DNA of 64,000 bases from an uncultured Dehalococcoidia bacterium (GCA_950072105.1 CATMOE010000001.1:154096-218095), one strand, 5' to 3'; shown: positions 20,210-31,680, numbered from the stretch's first letter. A program made the numbers and translations. Notes: generated by a model not told the origin, from the sequence alone.

Positions 20210-22312
20210 ATGACTGAAATTACCCGCGCGAAAAAATGGGCGGATGCCGGAAAGGAAATCAAAGACGTTTGGGCCGCCGGGGCAAGCCCGAAGGATAAGC
20301 GATTCGAGCTAGTCGCCGATTTCAAGATGACCGGCGATCAACCTCAGGCGGTGGCCCGGCTGGCGCAAGGCGTCAATGACGGCGCCATCTTCCAGACCAT
20401 GTTGGGCGTGACCGGCAGCGGCAAAACGTTCACCATGGCCAACATCGTTCAGGAAGTCCAGCGGCCGACCATCGTGATGGCCCACAACAAAACCCTGGCC
20501 GCCCAGCTCGCCTCCGAATTCAAAGAGTTCTTCCCCCACAATGCCGTCGAGTATTTCGTGTCGTATTACGACTACTACCAGCCCGAAGCCTACGTGCCCC
20601 AATCCGACACTTACATCGAAAAGGACTCCAGCGTCAACGAGGAACTGGATAAGCTAAGACTGTCTGCCACCACTTCCCTGTTAACCCGCCGGGACGTCCT
20701 TATCGTCGCGTCGGTTTCCTGCATCTACGGGCTGGGTGACCCAGAGGATTACTTCAACTTAGTTGCCCAGGTAAAGGTTGGGGAGGTTCGGAATAGGCGC
20801 CAGTTGGTGCGCCAACTAGTGGACATGCATTACGAGCGCAACGACATGGACCTGTCCCGTGGAAAGTTCCGCATCCGCGGCGATACCTTAGAAATCATCC
20901 CTGCCTACGAAGAGGCGGCGATAAGGGTTCAATTCTTCGGCGACGAGGTGGAGCGCATCGTTCAACTGGACCCGCTCACCGGCGAAGTGCTGGCCGACCT
21001 TGCTGAAATAGCCATCTACCCCGCCAACCACTTCGTGACCTCCAAGGAAAAACTGGAAGCGGCCATCGTTGATATCGGTGTGGAATTGGAAGAAAGGCTA
21101 GGGGAGATGCGCGCGGAAGGAAAGATACTTGAAGCGGCCAGACTGGAGAGCCGCACCCACTACGACTTGGAGATGCTACAGGAAACCGGATTCTGCTCCG
21201 GTGTGGAAAACTACTCCCGCCATCTTTCCCGCCGGGCGCCCGGCAGTTGCCCATGGACGCTGCTGGATTATTTCCCGGAAGACTATCTCATGTTCGTCGA
21301 CGAATCCCATATGACCCTGCCCCAGGTCAGGGGCATGTACCACGGAGACATGTCCAGGAAAAAGACATTGGTGGACTTCGGTTTCCGCCTGCCTTCGGCC
21401 ATGGACAACCGGCCCCTGAACTTCGAAGAATACGAAAGCCATATCAACCAGGTTATCTACGTGTCGGCAACCCCCGCCGCCTTCGAGATGCAGCGAAGTA
21501 CGGCCACGGTGGAGCAGGTGATCCGCCCCACCGGCCTGCTGGACCCAACGTTGGAAGTAAAACCTACTGAAGGCCAGATCGACGACTTGCTGGAACAGAT
21601 CAAGATCAGAGTCGACCGGTCGGAACGTATATTGGTAACCACCCTGACCAAGCGCATGGCCGAGGAATTGGCCGACTATCTCTCGGAGATGGGTGTTCGC
21701 AACAACTATCTGCACTCTGACATTCAAACCCTGGACCGGATAGAGATACTTCGCGACCTTCGTCTGGGAGTGTTCGACGTTGTAGTGGGAATCAATTTGC
21801 TCAGGGAAGGCTTGGACCTACCCGAGGTTAGCCTGGTGGCTATTCTGGACGCCGACAAAGAAGGTTATCTCCGCTCCAAAACGTCGCTCATCCAGACCAT
21901 CGGCCGTGCGGCCCGTCACTCTAACGGGCACGTCATTATGTACGCCGACCGGATCACCGATTCGATGCGGTCGGCCATCGATGAAACCTACCGGCGCCGG
22001 ACTATCCAGGATGCGTTCAACAAAGAGCACGGAATCGAGCCCGAGAGCATCCACAAAGAGGTCCATGACATTACCGAGGGAATCAAAGCCATAGCAGAAA
22101 GCCGAAACCGTTACGACGTCGTCCGCAAAGAAATGACCCGCTCCGACATGTACCGAGTGGTCAAAGACTTGGAAGTGCAGATGAAAGAGGCGGCCAAAAA
22201 CCTGCAGTTCGAAAAAGCCGCCCAATTCCGCGATGAGATCTACGAGCTTCGGCGGTTGCTGGTCCTCGAGGAGAAAACCCTGTCCCCGGCGGGGTTTAGC
22301 GGCGAGGAGTAG
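20210..22312 (+). CDS. uvrB: Excinuclease ABC subunit B
   Basis: [41 protein letters not shown]-terminal UVR coil. Confidence 0.98.
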   Translation: MTEITRAKKWADAGKEIKDVWAAGASPKDKRFELVADFKMTGDQPQAVARLAQGVNDGAIFQTMLGVTGSGKTFTMANIVQEVQRPTIVMAHNKTLAAQLASEFKEFFPHNAVEYFVSYYDYYQPEAYVPQSDTYIEKDSSVNEELDKLRLSATTSLLTRRDVLIVASVSCIYGLGDPEDYFNLVAQVKVGEVRNRRQLVRQLVDMHYERNDMDLSRGKFRIRGDTLEIIPAYEEAAIRVQFFGDEVERIVQLDPLTGEVLADLAEIAIYPANHFVTSKEKLEAAIVDIGVELEERLGEMRAEGKILEAARLESRTHYDLEMLQETGFCSGVENYSRHLSRRAPGSCPWTLLDYFPEDYLMFVDESHMTLPQVRGMYHGDMSRKKTLVDFGFRLPSAMDNRPLNFEEYESHINQVIYVSATPAAFEMQRSTATVEQVIRPTGLLDPTLEVKPTEGQIDDLLEQIKIRVDRSERILVTTLTKRMAEELADYLSEMGVRNNYLHSDIQTLDRIEILRDLRLGVFDVVVGINLLREGLDLPEVSLVAILDADKEGYLRSKTSLIQTIGRAARHSNGHVIMYADRITDSMRSAIDETYRRRTIQDAFNKEHGIEPESIHKEVHDITEGIKAIAESRNRYDVVRKEMTRSDMYRVVKDLEVQMKEAAKNLQFEKAAQFRDEIYELRRLLVLEEKTLSPAGFSGEE

Positions 22313-22368
22313 GGTAGCTTAGCTGGGGCAGACTCATCACAACGGATTCCCTACGAGATCCCGCCGGG

Positions 22369-22903
22369 GAACGACCCCCCTATAGTCCCCCCTTCGTAAG
22401 GGGGGACGGAGTTCGCTGGCTTCGACATTACAAACGTAGGCTCCAGCGGGGTTTAAGTGACCCAATTTTTCAATAAATCCACTGAGAAAGCGAAACGCCG
22501 CCGACTAAGAAGCGACTCGCCGACGGCTGAAAATACAATTTGGACAAGTCTACGTAGAAAAAATATTGCCGGCTACAAATTCCGTAGACAATATAGCGTT
22601 GGACCATACGTCATCGACTTCTACTGTCCGGCGCTGAAACTGGCTGTGGAGATAGACGGGGACAGCCATTTCATCGGGAATGCCGTCGAGGACGACAAAC
22701 GAAGACAAGCCTTTATCGAAGCTTTCGGCATACGTTTCCTGCGATTTACCAACCAGGACGTTTACGACAACCTGGAGGGAGTCTTAGAATCAATCATCAG
22801 AGTGGCCTTAAACAAATCCAAACCAACGTCGAACGAAGAAAAGTCCCCTCCTTCGTAAGGAGGGGATTTAGGGGAGGTTTAGCCGCACAGGAGAACGACC
22901 CCC
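22369..22903. mobile_element. Putative small mobile cassette: DUF559 endonuclease flanked by C/G-run palindromes
   Basis: GTCCCCCCTT-CGT-AAGGGGGGAC (22385-22407) and TCCCCTCCTT-CGT-AAGGAGGGGA (22844-22866); 11-bp direct repeat GAACGACCCCC at 22369 and 22893; AT-richer interior. Confidence 0.55.
22457..22858 (+). CDS. DUF559 / Vsr-like endonuclease
   Basis: KFRRQYSVGPYVIDFYC...LAVEIDGDSH...RFTN. Confidence 0.9.
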   Translation: MTQFFNKSTEKAKRRRLRSDSPTAENTIWTSLRRKNIAGYKFRRQYSVGPYVIDFYCPALKLAVEIDGDSHFIGNAVEDDKRRQAFIEAFGIRFLRFTNQDVYDNLEGVLESIIRVALNKSKPTSNEEKSPPS

Positions 22904-22918
22904 GGGACATCTCCCCCG

Positions 22919-23770
22919 TCAGCCACTCCGCTCAACAACCGCGTGCAACCGTGCCAACAACACCCCGTTTTCCTCGGTGGTAAAGCCATCCACGTAGTAC
23001 TCCCTCTCGCCGGTGGTGCCGTCAACCGCGCCCATGTCCACCGACTTTTGAATCACCTTGGTCTCGCCTTCAATGGTCGGGAGCAGGTTCCGCCCCGCCA
23101 AACCCGATAGCGCGGCCACCAGTCCATATCCGCCCCAGTTGGAAACGCTGGAAATGATTAGCCGGTCCACTTTTGTCACCGCCGGGTCGTTGGGCAGGGT
23201 TTCAACTTGGGGGATGAACTCCACCAGATTCCCCATCCCTATCTCGTTGCCGCCGTCGCCGATGCCTACCGACGGAATGCCGGCTTCGAACAGGTAGTCC
23301 AACCGGGCGGTGTGAGGCGTGATGTCCACGTATCGCATATTCAAGTAGGCGTCGTCATTGGTCCGGCTGCAACGTTCGATGGAAATTATCAATGATAGGT
23401 CCAGCCGCTCAAGGATCTCCGAGCTTGCTTTTCGGCTCGTCTCGATGTCGGCGATGGGAAAATCCACTACCTCCGTACCATCCTCCAACAGACCTTCCAG
23501 CACGGGCACGGTGTAGGAGTCGGTGATGTAGGTCACCCTTCGCCCGAGCGCCTGCAAAGCTCTACCGATGGCGATCGCTCCAGCGGGTCCGTCCGTCTCC
23601 GGACTGCCGGCGGACAATATGTAGAACCCGGTAACGATGGCCACGTTGCCGGGATGGTCCATGATGTACTGAGCCGCCTGCGAGCAAAAGTCTACCGCCA
23701 TGTGGGGCCGAAGGAGAGCGACACCCCGCTTGTCATGATCCAAAACAATATCTTCGATGGTTTCGCTCAT
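22919..23770 (-). CDS. DUF4392 / D-glutamate cyclase C-terminal-like protein
   Basis: ETDGPAGA, IERC, GIGDGGNEIGMG, SVSNWGGY. Confidence 0.85.
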   Translation of the reverse strand: MSETIEDIVLDHDKRGVALLRPHMAVDFCSQAAQYIMDHPGNVAIVTGFYILSAGSPETDGPAGAIAIGRALQALGRRVTYITDSYTVPVLEGLLEDGTEVVDFPIADIETSRKASSEILERLDLSLIISIERCSRTNDDAYLNMRYVDITPHTARLDYLFEAGIPSVGIGDGGNEIGMGNLVEFIPQVETLPNDPAVTKVDRLIISSVSNWGGYGLVAALSGLAGRNLLPTIEGETKVIQKSVDMGAVDGTTGEREYYVDGFTTEENGVLLARLHAVVERSG

Positions 23771-23789
23771 AATTTATCCTCGGTCGAAA

Positions 23790-23820
23790 GCTGATGGCTG
23801 ATGGCTGACCGCTGAAAGCT
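23790..23820. repeat. GCTGANN heptamer tandem repeat
   Basis: GCTGATG GCTGATG GCTGACC GCTGAAA GCT abutting the TAG of the DUF1445 gene. Confidence 0.7.
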
Positions 23821-24613
23821 ACAGCACCGCGTAGTCAGCGTCGCGCTGGCTGGTGATGAACATCATCCCCGGAGTGTGCGTCATCATCAGACTTGGTTTA
23901 CAATTTAGCGCCACCGCCTGGGGAGTAACGCCGCAGGCCCAGAATACCGGCTCCTCTCCGGGGTAGATGTCTACCGCATCCCCGAAGTCCGGCCGGGAAA
24001 TGTCCTTGATGCCGATGGCCGCAGGATCGCCGATGTGGACCGGCGCGCCATGGGTCGCCGGGAACCGTGAGGTCACCTGGACAGCCCGGACGATCTGCTC
24101 CCGTTTTATCGGACGCATACTGACCACCATCGGACCTGAAAATCGCCCGGAAGGAACGGTGGGTATATTGGTGATGTACATCGCCACGTTGCGTCCCAAC
24201 TCTTGGTGGCGCAACGGGATGCCCGCTTCGATCATCGCGGTTTCGAAGGAGAAGCTGCAGCCCATCAGGAACGAGACCAAGTCGTCCCGCCAATGGGGCA
24301 CCAAGGACTCAACCTCATCCACCATCACCCCGTTCTCATAGATCCGGTACCCTGGAATATCGGTACGGATGTCGGCTCCCGCCGCCGTCAGCACCGGTTC
24401 AACGTTGCCTGCCTCTATAACTTCCAACACGGGGCAGGGCTTAGGGTTCCTTTGGCAAAAGAGCAAAAACTCGAAAGCCAAGTCTTGAGGCAAAATCGCC
24501 AGATTCGCTTGAACGTAACCCGGCGCAACCCCGGAAGTTACCCCTCGCCAACTCCCGCCGCGGATCTGTTGCCACACTTCACTTGGCTTCTTGGGCAAGG
24601 TTTGAGTGCTCAT
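23819..24613 (-). CDS. DUF1445 putative hydro-lyase / D-glutamate cyclase N-terminal-like protein
   Basis: FCQRNPKPCP, GCSFSFE, MVVSMRP, HGAPVHIGDP, FWACGVTPQ. Confidence 0.9.
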   Translation of the reverse strand: MSTQTLPKKPSEVWQQIRGGSWRGVTSGVAPGYVQANLAILPQDLAFEFLLFCQRNPKPCPVLEVIEAGNVEPVLTAAGADIRTDIPGYRIYENGVMVDEVESLVPHWRDDLVSFLMGCSFSFETAMIEAGIPLRHQELGRNVAMYITNIPTVPSGRFSGPMVVSMRPIKREQIVRAVQVTSRFPATHGAPVHIGDPAAIGIKDISRPDFGDAVDIYPGEEPVFWACGVTPQAVALNCKPSLMMTHTPGMMFITSQRDADYAVL

Positions 24614-24830
24614 CAAATTCTCCCTTGGTCGATTCTCAGCCAGCTATGTAATAATCTCTCGCCAGCATTCAACCGGAATCTCCCAACATCATAGTTGTCA
24701 CCTCCCGGCCAGTCAATTTGGCTCAGCCGGGTAAACTAGGGAGGGGTAACGTAGGCGTCTAAACGCACTCACCGGGTGGTATACTTGCCTAACTTAGTCT
24801 CAAAAACATCGGCGGAGACACGGCAAGGCG

Positions 24831-25499
24831 TTGTATAGCTTATTTCTGCTGGCGGATGATTCAAACGGAGCGCTGCCACTGCTCGAGGTAATAGACCGGG
24901 CCGGGTTTTCGTGCTGCGTGGGCGCCGACCTGTCTCATTTGGAGGAAGGTGGCGACCCGGTAGCGCCGGAAGCGGTCCTGGTAGACCTGGCATCCGTCGG
25001 CACCGCCCAGACCCACCAGTTCGTTGACCGATGCAAGCAACTCAAGCTGCCCGTTGTGCTGGTTATTCCCGGAGAACAGGCCTCGGATCATGACCCCTCT
25101 CTTAACGCCGACGAATTTATCTTCGGACCCGTAAAGGAGCAGGAGCTCGCCGCCAGGGTAAAACAGGCGATTTATCGAGTTAACGGTCCAGCCAGCTCTA
25201 AAGTCCTAAGGGCCGGAGAGTTGATGATTGACCTGGAACGTTACGATGTCACCGTCTCCGGCCGCCGGGTATCGTTAACCTACAAGGAGTTCCAACTCCT
25301 GGTGCTTCTAGCCTCCAATCCGGGCCGGGTCTACACCCGAGACGCCTTGCTAAGCCAGGTTTGGGGCTACGATTACCTTGGTGGCACCCGGACAGTGGAC
25401 GTGCACGTACGTCGGCTGCGGTCTAAAGTGGAAGGACCCGGCCGGGTCTACGTGGAAACCATCTGGAATGTCGGCTACCGCTTCAAGACCTCATCTTAA
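24831..25499 (+). CDS. OmpR-family winged-helix regulator with atypical receiver (GlnR-like)
   Basis: LTYKEFQLL...VWGYDYLGGTRTVDVHVRRLRSK; no adjacent kinase. Confidence 0.8.
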   Translation: MYSLFLLADDSNGALPLLEVIDRAGFSCCVGADLSHLEEGGDPVAPEAVLVDLASVGTAQTHQFVDRCKQLKLPVVLVIPGEQASDHDPSLNADEFIFGPVKEQELAARVKQAIYRVNGPASSKVLRAGELMIDLERYDVTVSGRRVSLTYKEFQLLVLLASNPGRVYTRDALLSQVWGYDYLGGTRTVDVHVRRLRSKVEGPGRVYVETIWNVGYRFKTSS

Positions 25500-25530
25500 C
25501 GAATAAGGTTCGATTCGCGACCCCCGCCGA

Positions 25531-28035
25531 TCAGCTTCCCTCGGCGGTGACCTGGTCCAAGAATCGGGCCACTTGAGCCGCTAATCCGGCATGCTCCGGG
25601 GCGGCCAACTCCGGGTCTTGATTCATTACCCGGGCCGCCTCGTCGCGAGCGGTTTCCAACAGCTTGCGGTCCGACAGTTGGGCCATCCGCAGATTGGGCA
25701 ATCCGCTCTGACGGGTGCCGAAAAAGTCTCCCGGCCCCCGCAATTCCAAGTCAACCTCGGCCAATTGGAAGCCGTCGTGGATCTGCTCCAGCGCGCCCAG
25801 CCGCTCCCGAGCCGCCTCCGAAGGAGAATCCGAAAGCAAGAGACAGTAGCTCTTATGCTCGCCCCGGCCCACCCGGCCTCGGAACTGATGCAGCTGGGCC
25901 AGCCCAAACCGGTCGGCGCCTTCGATCAGCATAACCGTGGCGTTGGCTACGTCGATGCCAACCTCGACCACGGCGGTCGAAACCAGGACGTCGACCTCCC
26001 CTTCCCGGAACCGGCGCATAACGGCGTCTTTGTCCTTGGCCGGCATCCGGCCGTGGAGCAAGCCCACCCGCAGGTCTGGAAAAACCTCCTCGGATAGCCT
26101 TTTATGCTCGGCGATCGCCGCCTTCGACTCAATGGTGTCCGACTCACCCACTAGCGGGCAAATGACGAAGGCCTGCCGGCCCGCTTCAACTTCCTTACGA
26201 ATGAATCCGTAAGCGGCCGGGCGGCGTTCCGGAGGGAGCCACCGGGTGGCAACCTGCTGCCGCCCGGCGGGCAATTCGTCGAGGGTGGAAATGTCCAGAT
26301 CGCCGTAGAGGGTTAGCGACAACGTGCGGGGTATGGGGGTGGCCGACATGATCAGGGCGTGAGGCGTCTCGTCCCCTCTTTGCCGCAAGGCGGACCGCTG
26401 CATCACGCCAAAACGGTGCTGCTCATCGGCCACGGCCAGGACTAGCTTAGGCATGGAAACACCCGACTGGATCAGGGCTTGGGTGCCGATCAACAGGTCC
26501 AGATTCCCAGCGGCAGCCATCTCGGTGAGTTCACGTTTTACCGGCCGCCGGGTGCTTCCGGTAAGCAGTCCTACCGACACCGGCCTTCCCAGAGATTCCA
26601 GATACACCGAGACCAGATTTTCCTCCTGTACCGGACGAGCCAGACCTGCCAGCAACCGGACCACCGTATGGAAATGCTGCTCGGCCAGCACTTCCGTGGG
26701 GACCATGATCGCGCCTTGATAGCCGTCGGCAGCCACCGCCAGCAACGCCGCCAGAGCTACCACGGTTTTGCCGCTGCCGACCTCTCCTTGAAGCAGCCGG
26801 TTCATCGGCGGAGTGCCTCTCTCTAGATCGCCCAGGATCTGGTCTACACAACGGCGCTGGGCGGCGGTTAGCGTGAAAGGCAACGAATCGTAGAACCCCG
26901 CCAGTATCTGACTATCGACCTGAACCGCCACCCCCTTGACCTCGTTCGCCTGGTGGTGGCGCCGGGCCAATACCGCCAATTGCAGAGTGAACAATTCGTC
27001 GAACGCCAACCGCCGGCGCGCCTCTTCCCAAGCGGCCATGTCATCGGGATAGTGGGCCTGCATGACGGCTTGTTGCAAGGGCATCAGATGGTTCTGAGCC
27101 AAAACGTCTTCCGGCAAAAATTCGTCAACGCCCGCCAACCATTCTTGCAACCCCTGCCAGGACAACCTCCGGACGTTCCTTGCGGTCAACCCCTCGGTCA
27201 ATGGGTAAACCGGGACCAGTCTGCCGGTATGGATCTGGGTCTGTCCCTGGTCCAGCAATTCGTAATCCGGCGACTCGAAGACCAACTGACCATTGAAAAC
27301 GCTGGCCTTTCCGCTGATGGCTATCCGGGTGTTGGGCTTCAGGGTCCGGGCCAGGTAGCGCTGGCCGAACCATACGACTTTTATGTTGCCGGATTCATCG
27401 CTCAACACGGTCTCGGTGTCTACCCGGCGGCCCTGGTAGCCCTGCTTGACCGCGCAGGATTCCCAGACGGTGCCGACTACGGTGCAAGGTTCGTCGGGCG
27501 AGACTTCCGAAATCTTGGCGATGGTTGAATAGTCGATGTGACGGCGGGGAAACAGATAAAGGAGATCGCGGACAGTGGTGACTTCCAAGCGCTTGAACCT
27601 GGCCGCCGATTTGGTGTCGACGCCCCGCAGACGATCCACGGGAGAATCCACCGTCAGTCCGCCGGGGGTTGAAGCTTGCCGGGGAGCCGGTTTCTTTGCC
27701 GGATCGCTGGGAGTTGACGGCTGGGCCTTCTTGGCTTCCGGCGGGTGGGAAACACCGACGTTCGATCCTGAAGAGTCCCCATCCAGCAGATCGCGCCACC
27801 GGCCGGCCCATTCGCCCCGCTCCTCAGCGGTCATCCCCAAGTATGAGTTGTCTAAGAGATTCGAAGCCGTTTGCAGGCCGCTAAGCCGGGCGGTCATCTC
27901 TTCGGTCCAAGTCTGGATATACCGGTCCAGACCTCCCATCACGGCCTTGTTGTCAAACCCCCGGCTTTCTTCCAAGGTAAGGATATTCCGGAATGAATCC
28001 ACCCAAGAAAGCCCGCTTTTTGGTCGTGAAGTCAT
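25531..28035 (-). CDS. recG: ATP-dependent DNA helicase RecG
   Basis: RLLQGEVGSGKT, DEQHRFGV, MSATPIPR, QFRGRVGRG, GTRQSG. Confidence 0.97.
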   Translation of the reverse strand: MTSRPKSGLSWVDSFRNILTLEESRGFDNKAVMGGLDRYIQTWTEEMTARLSGLQTASNLLDNSYLGMTAEERGEWAGRWRDLLDGDSSGSNVGVSHPPEAKKAQPSTPSDPAKKPAPRQASTPGGLTVDSPVDRLRGVDTKSAARFKRLEVTTVRDLLYLFPRRHIDYSTIAKISEVSPDEPCTVVGTVWESCAVKQGYQGRRVDTETVLSDESGNIKVVWFGQRYLARTLKPNTRIAISGKASVFNGQLVFESPDYELLDQGQTQIHTGRLVPVYPLTEGLTARNVRRLSWQGLQEWLAGVDEFLPEDVLAQNHLMPLQQAVMQAHYPDDMAAWEEARRRLAFDELFTLQLAVLARRHHQANEVKGVAVQVDSQILAGFYDSLPFTLTAAQRRCVDQILGDLERGTPPMNRLLQGEVGSGKTVVALAALLAVAADGYQGAIMVPTEVLAEQHFHTVVRLLAGLARPVQEENLVSVYLESLGRPVSVGLLTGSTRRPVKRELTEMAAAGNLDLLIGTQALIQSGVSMPKLVLAVADEQHRFGVMQRSALRQRGDETPHALIMSATPIPRTLSLTLYGDLDISTLDELPAGRQQVATRWLPPERRPAAYGFIRKEVEAGRQAFVICPLVGESDTIESKAAIAEHKRLSEEVFPDLRVGLLHGRMPAKDKDAVMRRFREGEVDVLVSTAVVEVGIDVANATVMLIEGADRFGLAQLHQFRGRVGRGEHKSYCLLLSDSPSEAARERLGALEQIHDGFQLAEVDLELRGPGDFFGTRQSGLPNLRMAQLSDRKLLETARDEAARVMNQDPELAAPEHAGLAAQVARFLDQVTAEGS

Positions 28036-28126
28036 CGGAAATTCAGTATATCACGGGCTTCCCAGCGGCCTAGTGGCTGGTGTCATGAAACAAGTCTTAG
28101 GAGCGCGATCAACCGCACGTCTCCAG

Positions 28127-28966
28127 TCATCCGGCGCGGGTCAACGCCAACCCCACGGCGCCGGGGCCGATGTACGTCCCCAAGGTGGCTCCAAAGCGGG
28201 CGGAGACTATCTGGTCTTCGGGTAATAGTTCCGAAAGCTCCTGGCGCAGCCCTTGAGCCAGCAGCGAATCATTGCTATGGATCACCGCCAGCTGAGTCAG
28301 GGGAGCCGCCTGGCGGGCCAACTCCAAAAGCCGGCGCAATCCCCGCTGACGGTTGCGGGCTCGCTCGATCGGCACAGCCTCCCCGTCTTCCATACCCAAT
28401 ATGGGTTTTACATTGAGAATGGAGCCGACGAATGTTTGCGCCTTACCGATACGCCCGCCCTTTTGCAGGTATTCCAAGGTATCCAGAAGGAAATAACATT
28501 TGGTCAATGGCAGGCTGCCGGCCACTTTAGAGGCTACGTCCGCCAGTGGCAAGCCTTTTTCGGCCAGTTCAGCTGCCGCCAAAACCACCAACCCCAAGGA
28601 TATCGACGCAAGCTGGGAATCGACTATCTGGATCTCAACTCGGTCCCCCATCGATGCCTTGGCCTGCTCCGCGGAGTTCAGGGTCCCGCTCAGCTTGCCG
28701 GAAACGTGGATGGAAAGAATGCTGTGACCCTGGTCTGCCAGAGCGGTGTATACCGATTGGAAGTCCGCCGCCGAAGGCTGGGAAGTAGTGGGGTAATTAA
28801 TGCCGGCAGCCAGATGGCCGTAAAGTTCATCGGGGGAAATGTCCACGCCGTCTTTGTAGCTGACATCGCCCACTACCACGTTGCACGGAATCACGGTGAT
28901 GTTCAACCGCTCGGCTATATCGGACGGTAGGTCCGCGGAACTGTCGGTGACTATCCTGATCGCCAT
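28127..28966 (-). CDS. DegV family fatty-acid-binding protein (FakB-like)
   Basis: IVTDSSADL, TTSQPS, SGKLSGT, LQKGGRIG, LNVKP. Confidence 0.92.
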   Translation of the reverse strand: MAIRIVTDSSADLPSDIAERLNITVIPCNVVVGDVSYKDGVDISPDELYGHLAAGINYPTTSQPSAADFQSVYTALADQGHSILSIHVSGKLSGTLNSAEQAKASMGDRVEIQIVDSQLASISLGLVVLAAAELAEKGLPLADVASKVAGSLPLTKCYFLLDTLEYLQKGGRIGKAQTFVGSILNVKPILGMEDGEAVPIERARNRQRGLRRLLELARQAAPLTQLAVIHSNDSLLAQGLRQELSELLPEDQIVSARFGATLGTYIGPGAVGLALTRAG

Positions 28967-29188
28967 TTCTCTTCTCGCGAAGTTGCCCGCAGGTCAAGCG
29001 CTTGAATGACTAGCCAGGGCATCGCACCCTCCCATTGTATTTTGTGCCCAATTGCGTCCCCATCCGTCTCGGAAAGGGATGGATCTAATTTCCTCCGTTG
29101 GAGTATCATTCGCTATTCTCGTCCCGAATTCTACAGCAACCAAAGGTAATCTCATCCACTTTTTCAGGCGCTCAATGGATACCGCCGT

Positions 29189-30823
29189 TCATTCGACAGA
29201 AGCCAGGTAGTGATAGTGGGGCTGGCCGCCATCGACCAGGTCAACCTGGATACCCGGATGCCGTTGCTCCAACCGTTGGCTTAACGCCTCGGCATCGTCC
29301 CGATGGGCCGCGGTCCCTAGGTACAACGTCACCACATGGCTTGGAGACATCCCGGCCAGCGCCAATGCCGATTCTAACACCTGTTCCGGAGCTTCTCCCG
29401 CCGCGACAATCTTCCCTTCCAACAAACTGATGTACTGGCCCGCGGCAAATTTCAGCTTGTCTACCGTGGCCGGGCGCGCCGCCTTGGTCACCTCGATGGC
29501 CACGATTCCGTCCAGAGCCGAATTCATCGACACCAAATTGTTCTCGGCAGATTCCTCCGGGTTGAAGGCCAACATCGCCGCCACTCCCCGAGGCACGCTA
29601 TCGGAGGGCACCACGTGTACTCCGTCCTTAGCCATCATCACCTGCTCCGCCGTGGCGATCACGTTCTTGTTGTTGGGCAAGATGATGGTGTGTTTAGCCC
29701 CAGCGGATTCCACGGCCTCTAGAATATCCCGCACGCTGGGGTTCATGGTCTGGCCTCCATTGACCACGACGGCGCAGCCGACCTCCCGGAATAAAGCGTC
29801 CAGACCGTCCCCGGAAGCGACGGCTACCACCGCCAATTCACCACCGGATACGGCCGTGCTTAGCCCGGCGGTAAATTCTTTATTCTGTTGGCTCATATTC
29901 TGAATATCTATCTGGTTTAGCTGGCCCAAAGACGCTCCCAAGCTTAGCGAAGGTCCGGGGTCCGGGGCGTGGACATGTACTCTGACGCTTCGGCCGCCGC
30001 CAACCACCACGGCCGACTCGGAAATTTCCACGAACTGATGGCGAATCGACTCGGCCTCCAGATCGTCGCCGGTGATTACGAACTGGGTGCAGTATCCCCA
30101 TTGGATTTGCGACACCGAATCTAGGTAATGAGCATCAAGTCCAGCGGTCCGGCTGGCATCCGAACCGGTGTAGCCTCTGGCAACGGCCATTGCTACTTGT
30201 TCATCGCCGCTGCCGTTCAGATAGGCCAGGGCCCCACCCATAATAACCACCACTCCCATACCCCCGGCATCCACGACCCCGGCTTCCCGCAAGACCGGCA
30301 GTTGTTCCGGCGTACGGTCCAGGGCTTCTTGGCCGGCCCGGAAAGCTTTTTCCCATAGATCTCGTGGACCCTCGCCGCCGCCTTCCTGACATTCTTGGGA
30401 CTCAAACGAAAGAGAACGGATAACCGTGAGCATCGTGCCTTCCACCGGCTGGCCCACCGCCTGGTAAGCGGCATCCGAGGCCAGGGAGAATGCCCTAGCC
30501 AGGTCCGTCGTTCGGCATACCTGCTTTTCCTCGAGGGCTTCCGCGAAACCCTTAAGGAATTGGGACAGTATCACTCCGCTATTGCCTCTAGCCCCCCAAA
30601 ACGCCCCGTCGGCTAGCCCACCAGCCACCTCAGCCAGCGTGCTGTCAGGGGCCGTTGGACACTTCTCCATGGCCGAACGCATGGTCAATAGCATGTTGGT
30701 GCCGGTGTCTCCGTCGGGCACGGGGAAAACATTAAGGGCGTTGATGGCCTCTCGATGCCGCTCTAGGGCCCGGGTGGCAGCGGCAAAGCCTTGTCTCAAA
30801 TCATCGGCGGTTAGATGTGACAT
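29189..30823 (-). CDS. DAK2-domain protein (FakA/YloV-like)
   Basis: INALNVFPVPDGDTGTNM, GARGNSG, GYCT, GGQTMNPS, GGQPHY; start moved to ATG 30823. Confidence 0.92.
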   Translation of the reverse strand: MSHLTADDLRQGFAAATRALERHREAINALNVFPVPDGDTGTNMLLTMRSAMEKCPTAPDSTLAEVAGGLADGAFWGARGNSGVILSQFLKGFAEALEEKQVCRTTDLARAFSLASDAAYQAVGQPVEGTMLTVIRSLSFESQECQEGGGEGPRDLWEKAFRAGQEALDRTPEQLPVLREAGVVDAGGMGVVVIMGGALAYLNGSGDEQVAMAVARGYTGSDASRTAGLDAHYLDSVSQIQWGYCTQFVITGDDLEAESIRHQFVEISESAVVVGGGRSVRVHVHAPDPGPSLSLGASLGQLNQIDIQNMSQQNKEFTAGLSTAVSGGELAVVAVASGDGLDALFREVGCAVVVNGGQTMNPSVRDILEAVESAGAKHTIILPNNKNVIATAEQVMMAKDGVHVVPSDSVPRGVAAMLAFNPEESAENNLVSMNSALDGIVAIEVTKAARPATVDKLKFAAGQYISLLEGKIVAAGEAPEQVLESALALAGMSPSHVVTLYLGTAAHRDDAEALSQRLEQRHPGIQVDLVDGGQPHYHYLASVE

Positions 30824-30966
30824 CGTTAGGCGCTTCAATACGAATGTTATCCCAAGCGGAATACCGTGGACATTTAGACCCGGATCAGGGTCAAACTGCG
30901 CCCAATTATATAACACCGGCGTCACGGGAGCGGGCCAAGCCCGGCCGCCAAGAGCCCCGATTCTCC

Positions 30967-30995
30967 TTGACACTCGTGAGGCTCTAGCTTAGTAT
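30967..30995 (+). promoter_or_regulatory. Sigma70-type promoter of rplU-rpmA
   Basis: TTGACA, 17-nt spacer, TAGTAT. Confidence 0.6.
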
Positions 30996-31013
30996 TGATG
31001 CTCGAGGAATAAT

Positions 31014-31409
31014 ATGGATTACGCAGTATTCAAAACCGGTGGTAAACAATACCGGGTCAAACCGGGCGACACATTAGACGTTGAAAAGTTGTCCGTCGCC
31101 GTAGATTCCATCGCCGAATTTGGCGAAGTCCTTGCCATCTCCGACAACGGGGAAGTCACCTTCGGTTCCCCGATGATTGAAGGCGCCAGGGTGCTGGCTC
31201 GGGTCGATTCCCACTACAAAGACAAAAAACTCATGGTCTTCAAGTACAAATCGAAGACCAGGTATCGTCGTAAGAAAGGCCATCGCCAAACTTACACGAG
31301 ATTGGTGATTCAGGACATCCAGTCCGAGCCACCCGCGCCGCCCAGACGCCGAAGGGCTAGGGCCAGCGCAGCGGTAGCAGAAGAAGGGAGCACCGAGAAT
31401 GGCTCATAA
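31014..31409 (+). CDS. rplU: 50S ribosomal protein L21
   Basis: [13 protein letters not shown]...KKGHRQ. Confidence 0.97.
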   Translation: MDYAVFKTGGKQYRVKPGDTLDVEKLSVAVDSIAEFGEVLAISDNGEVTFGSPMIEGARVLARVDSHYKDKKLMVFKYKSKTRYRRKKGHRQTYTRLVIQDIQSEPPAPPRRRRARASAAVAEEGSTENGS

Positions 31410-31680
31410 GAAAGCAGGCGGTAGCACCAGCAACGGCCGTGATAGCAACGCCAAACGCTTGGGCGTTAAGAAGTATGGCGGCGAGATAGTCACCAGCGGC
31501 GCCATCATTGTGCGGCAGCGCGGTACCCGCTTACACCCGGGGACTAACGTTGGGTTGGGCCGCGATTTCACCATATTCGCCAAGATAGATGGACGCGTCA
31601 CTTTTGAATGGGCGTTAAAGGGTAAGCGGAGAGTCAGCGTTTATCCCGTTGAGGCGGCGGCGGAATCCAAAGCGGCCTAG
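31399..31680 (+). CDS. rpmA: 50S ribosomal protein L27
   Basis: [21 protein letters not shown]. Confidence 0.98.
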   Translation: MAHKKAGGSTSNGRDSNAKRLGVKKYGGEIVTSGAIIVRQRGTRLHPGTNVGLGRDFTIFAKIDGRVTFEWALKGKRRVSVYPVEAAAESKAA

